Source: Oscillospiraceae bacterium
Lineage (GTDB): Bacteria; Bacillota; Clostridia; Oscillospirales; Oscillospiraceae
Direction: 5' to 3'
Assembly (NCBI GenBank): GCA_017405865.1
Contig: JAFQZN010000008.1
Location: 81,539-145,538, forward strand
DNA: 64,000 nt
Shown: in pieces, positions 62,669-64,000 of the stretch
Position numbering within the stretch: the first letter of the stretch is position 1
How the letters are laid out: each line of letters begins with the position of its first letter
Notes under the pieces: model-generated
What the model saw: the letters and a program-made list of their open reading frames with translations, nothing else
What the model was told of the DNA's origin: nothing
Database searches by the model: none
Translations under genes and position numbers: made by a program

Positions 62669-64000
62669 TTATAACGATTTCAGCCGCGCTTCGCTTTCTT
62701 CAAGCTGCTTCAGAAGCGCTTCATACTTCTCCGCCTTTGCCCGCTCGGCGGCGACGACCGCCTCCGGCGCTTTGGCGACAAAGCCTTCGTTTGAGAGCTT
62801 GGCGCGGATGCCGGCAAGACCCTTCTCGGTCTTTTCCTTTTCCTTTGCGATACGGTCGAGCTCTTTTTCCACGTCCACGAGCTGGTTCATGGGCATATAG
62901 AGCGTCGCGTCGTGCGTCACGCAGGACACCATGCGCTCATGTCCTTCCGGTTCTGACTCGGAGATTGCGATCCCGTCGGCGTAGGCAAGGCGCGTCATAA
63001 AGCCCTTCCCTGCCTCAAAGATCTCCGGCTTACCTGTGACGATGAAGATGGTGCATTTCTTGGCGGGCGGCACGTTCATCTCCGCTCTGCGGTTACGTAC
63101 GGAGCGGATCGCGTTCATGATGCTCTCCATCGCGCTCTCCTCCGTCTTAAAGCAGAGGTCCTCGCGGTACTTCGGCCACGAGGCCACGATCAGCGCCTCT
63201 CCCTCATGCGGGATCGCCTGCCAGATTTCCTCGGTAATAAACGGCATGAAAGGATGCATCAAACGCAGGATCTGATCCAGCACGTACAAAAGCACCTTCT
63301 GCGCAACAAGTTTGCTGCCCTCGTCCTCGCCGTAAAGGCGCGCCTTCGTCAGCTCGATATACCAGTCGCAATAGCTGTCCCAGATAAAATCGTAGACCTT
63401 CTGCACGGCAATGCCCAGCTCGTACTTGTCGAGGTTTTCCGTCACCTCGGCAATCAGCGTGTTGAGCTTGGAGAGAATCCACTTATCCGCCGTTTCCAGC
63501 TCGGAAAGCGCCGGCAGCTCGTTTTTGTCGATGCCGAGATTCATCATCACGTAGCGGCTTGCGTTCCAGAGCTTGTTTGCAAAGTTGCGCATCGCCTCGC
63601 AACGCTCCACGTAGAAACGCATGTCGTTGCCGGGCGAGTTCGCGGTGATCATGTTCATGCGCAGGGCGTCCGAGCCGAAGCGCTCGATCATTTCCAGAGG
63701 ATCAATGCCGTTGCCGAGGGACTTTGACATTTTTCTGCCCTTGTCGTCGCGAATCAGGCCGTGAATCAGAACAGTGTGGAACGGCGGCATCTTCGTCTGC
63801 TTGCAGGCGGAGAAAATCATGCGCGAGACCCAGAAGAAAATGATGTCGTAGCCGGTCACCAGCACGTCGGTCGGATAGAAATATTTATAATCCTCCGCTT
63901 CCGTATCCGGCCAGCCGAGCGTCTCAAACGGCCACAGTGCGGACGAGAACCACGTGTCCAGCACGTCCTCGTCGCGGGTTATGTTCCTGCTGCCGCACTT
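62669..64000 (-). CDS. valS: Valyl-tRNA synthetase, C-terminal part (5' end beyond the window)
   Basis: DEDVLDTWFSSALWPF, GYDIIFFWV, KMSKSLGN, C-terminal coiled coil. Confidence 0.98.
   Translation of the reverse strand, partial: KCGSRNITRDEDVLDTWFSSALWPFETLGWPDTEAEDYKYFYPTDVLVTGYDIIFFWVSRMIFSACKQTKMPPFHTVLIHGLIRDDKGRKMSKSLGNGIDPLEMIERFGSDALRMNMITANSPGNDMRFYVERCEAMRNFANKLWNASRYVMMNLGIDKNELPALSELETADKWILSKLNTLIAEVTENLDKYELGIAVQKVYDFIWDSYCDWYIELTKARLYGEDEGSKLVAQKVLLYVLDQILRLMHPFMPFITEEIWQAIPHEGEALIVASWPKYREDLCFKTEESAMESIMNAIRSVRNRRAEMNVPPAKKCTIFIVTGKPEIFEAGKGFMTRLAYADGIAISESEPEGHERMVSCVTHDATLYMPMNQLVDVEKELDRIAKEKEKTEKGLAGIRAKLSNEGFVAKAPEAVVAAERAKAEKYEALLKQLEESEARLKSL

Noticed and set aside
1-64000. 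tRNA, rRNA, tmRNA, prophage, integrase or defence genes
   Set aside because: None recognised by eye; intergenic gaps are short and explained by promoters, terminators, the T-box or the MITE-like element. A tRNAscan or Infernal run would be needed to exclude small RNAs fully.

Overview
Core-chromosome window of a spore-forming Clostridia bacterium (Oscillospiraceae/Ruminococcaceae-like gene order; taxon inferred, not determined), with about 70 mostly minus-strand genes. It holds obgE(partial)-rpmA-prp-rplU with an L21 leader, apbE, nfnAB, gluQ, a class III ribonucleotide reductase operon, an aryl-acid operon, a His-rich COG0523 pair, sigK, ispA/xseAB/nusB, a complete spoIIIAA-AH operon, ftsK, htpG with CIRCE, an ispH-rpsA fusion, cmk, scpAB, tig-clpP-clpX-lon-engB, rnhB/rbgA/lepB and valS(partial). 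I saw no tRNA, rRNA, CRISPR array, prophage or transposase. Best leads: (1) a complete Tyr-specifier (UAC) T-box riboswitch heading a CoA ligase-iorA-iorB-paaK-ACT operon, pointing to tyrosine made by reductive carboxylation of an aryl-acetate; (2) an NrdR-boxed nrdG-nrdD-trxB operon whose NrdD has a fused C-terminal CPKC glutaredoxin-like domain and whose TrxB lacks the NADPH-specific HRR motif; (3) a ~280-bp MITE-like element inside a duplicated terminator just upstream of spoIIIAA; (4) a UppP homologue missing catalytic residues. Family assignments come from motifs recognised by eye; no database search was run.
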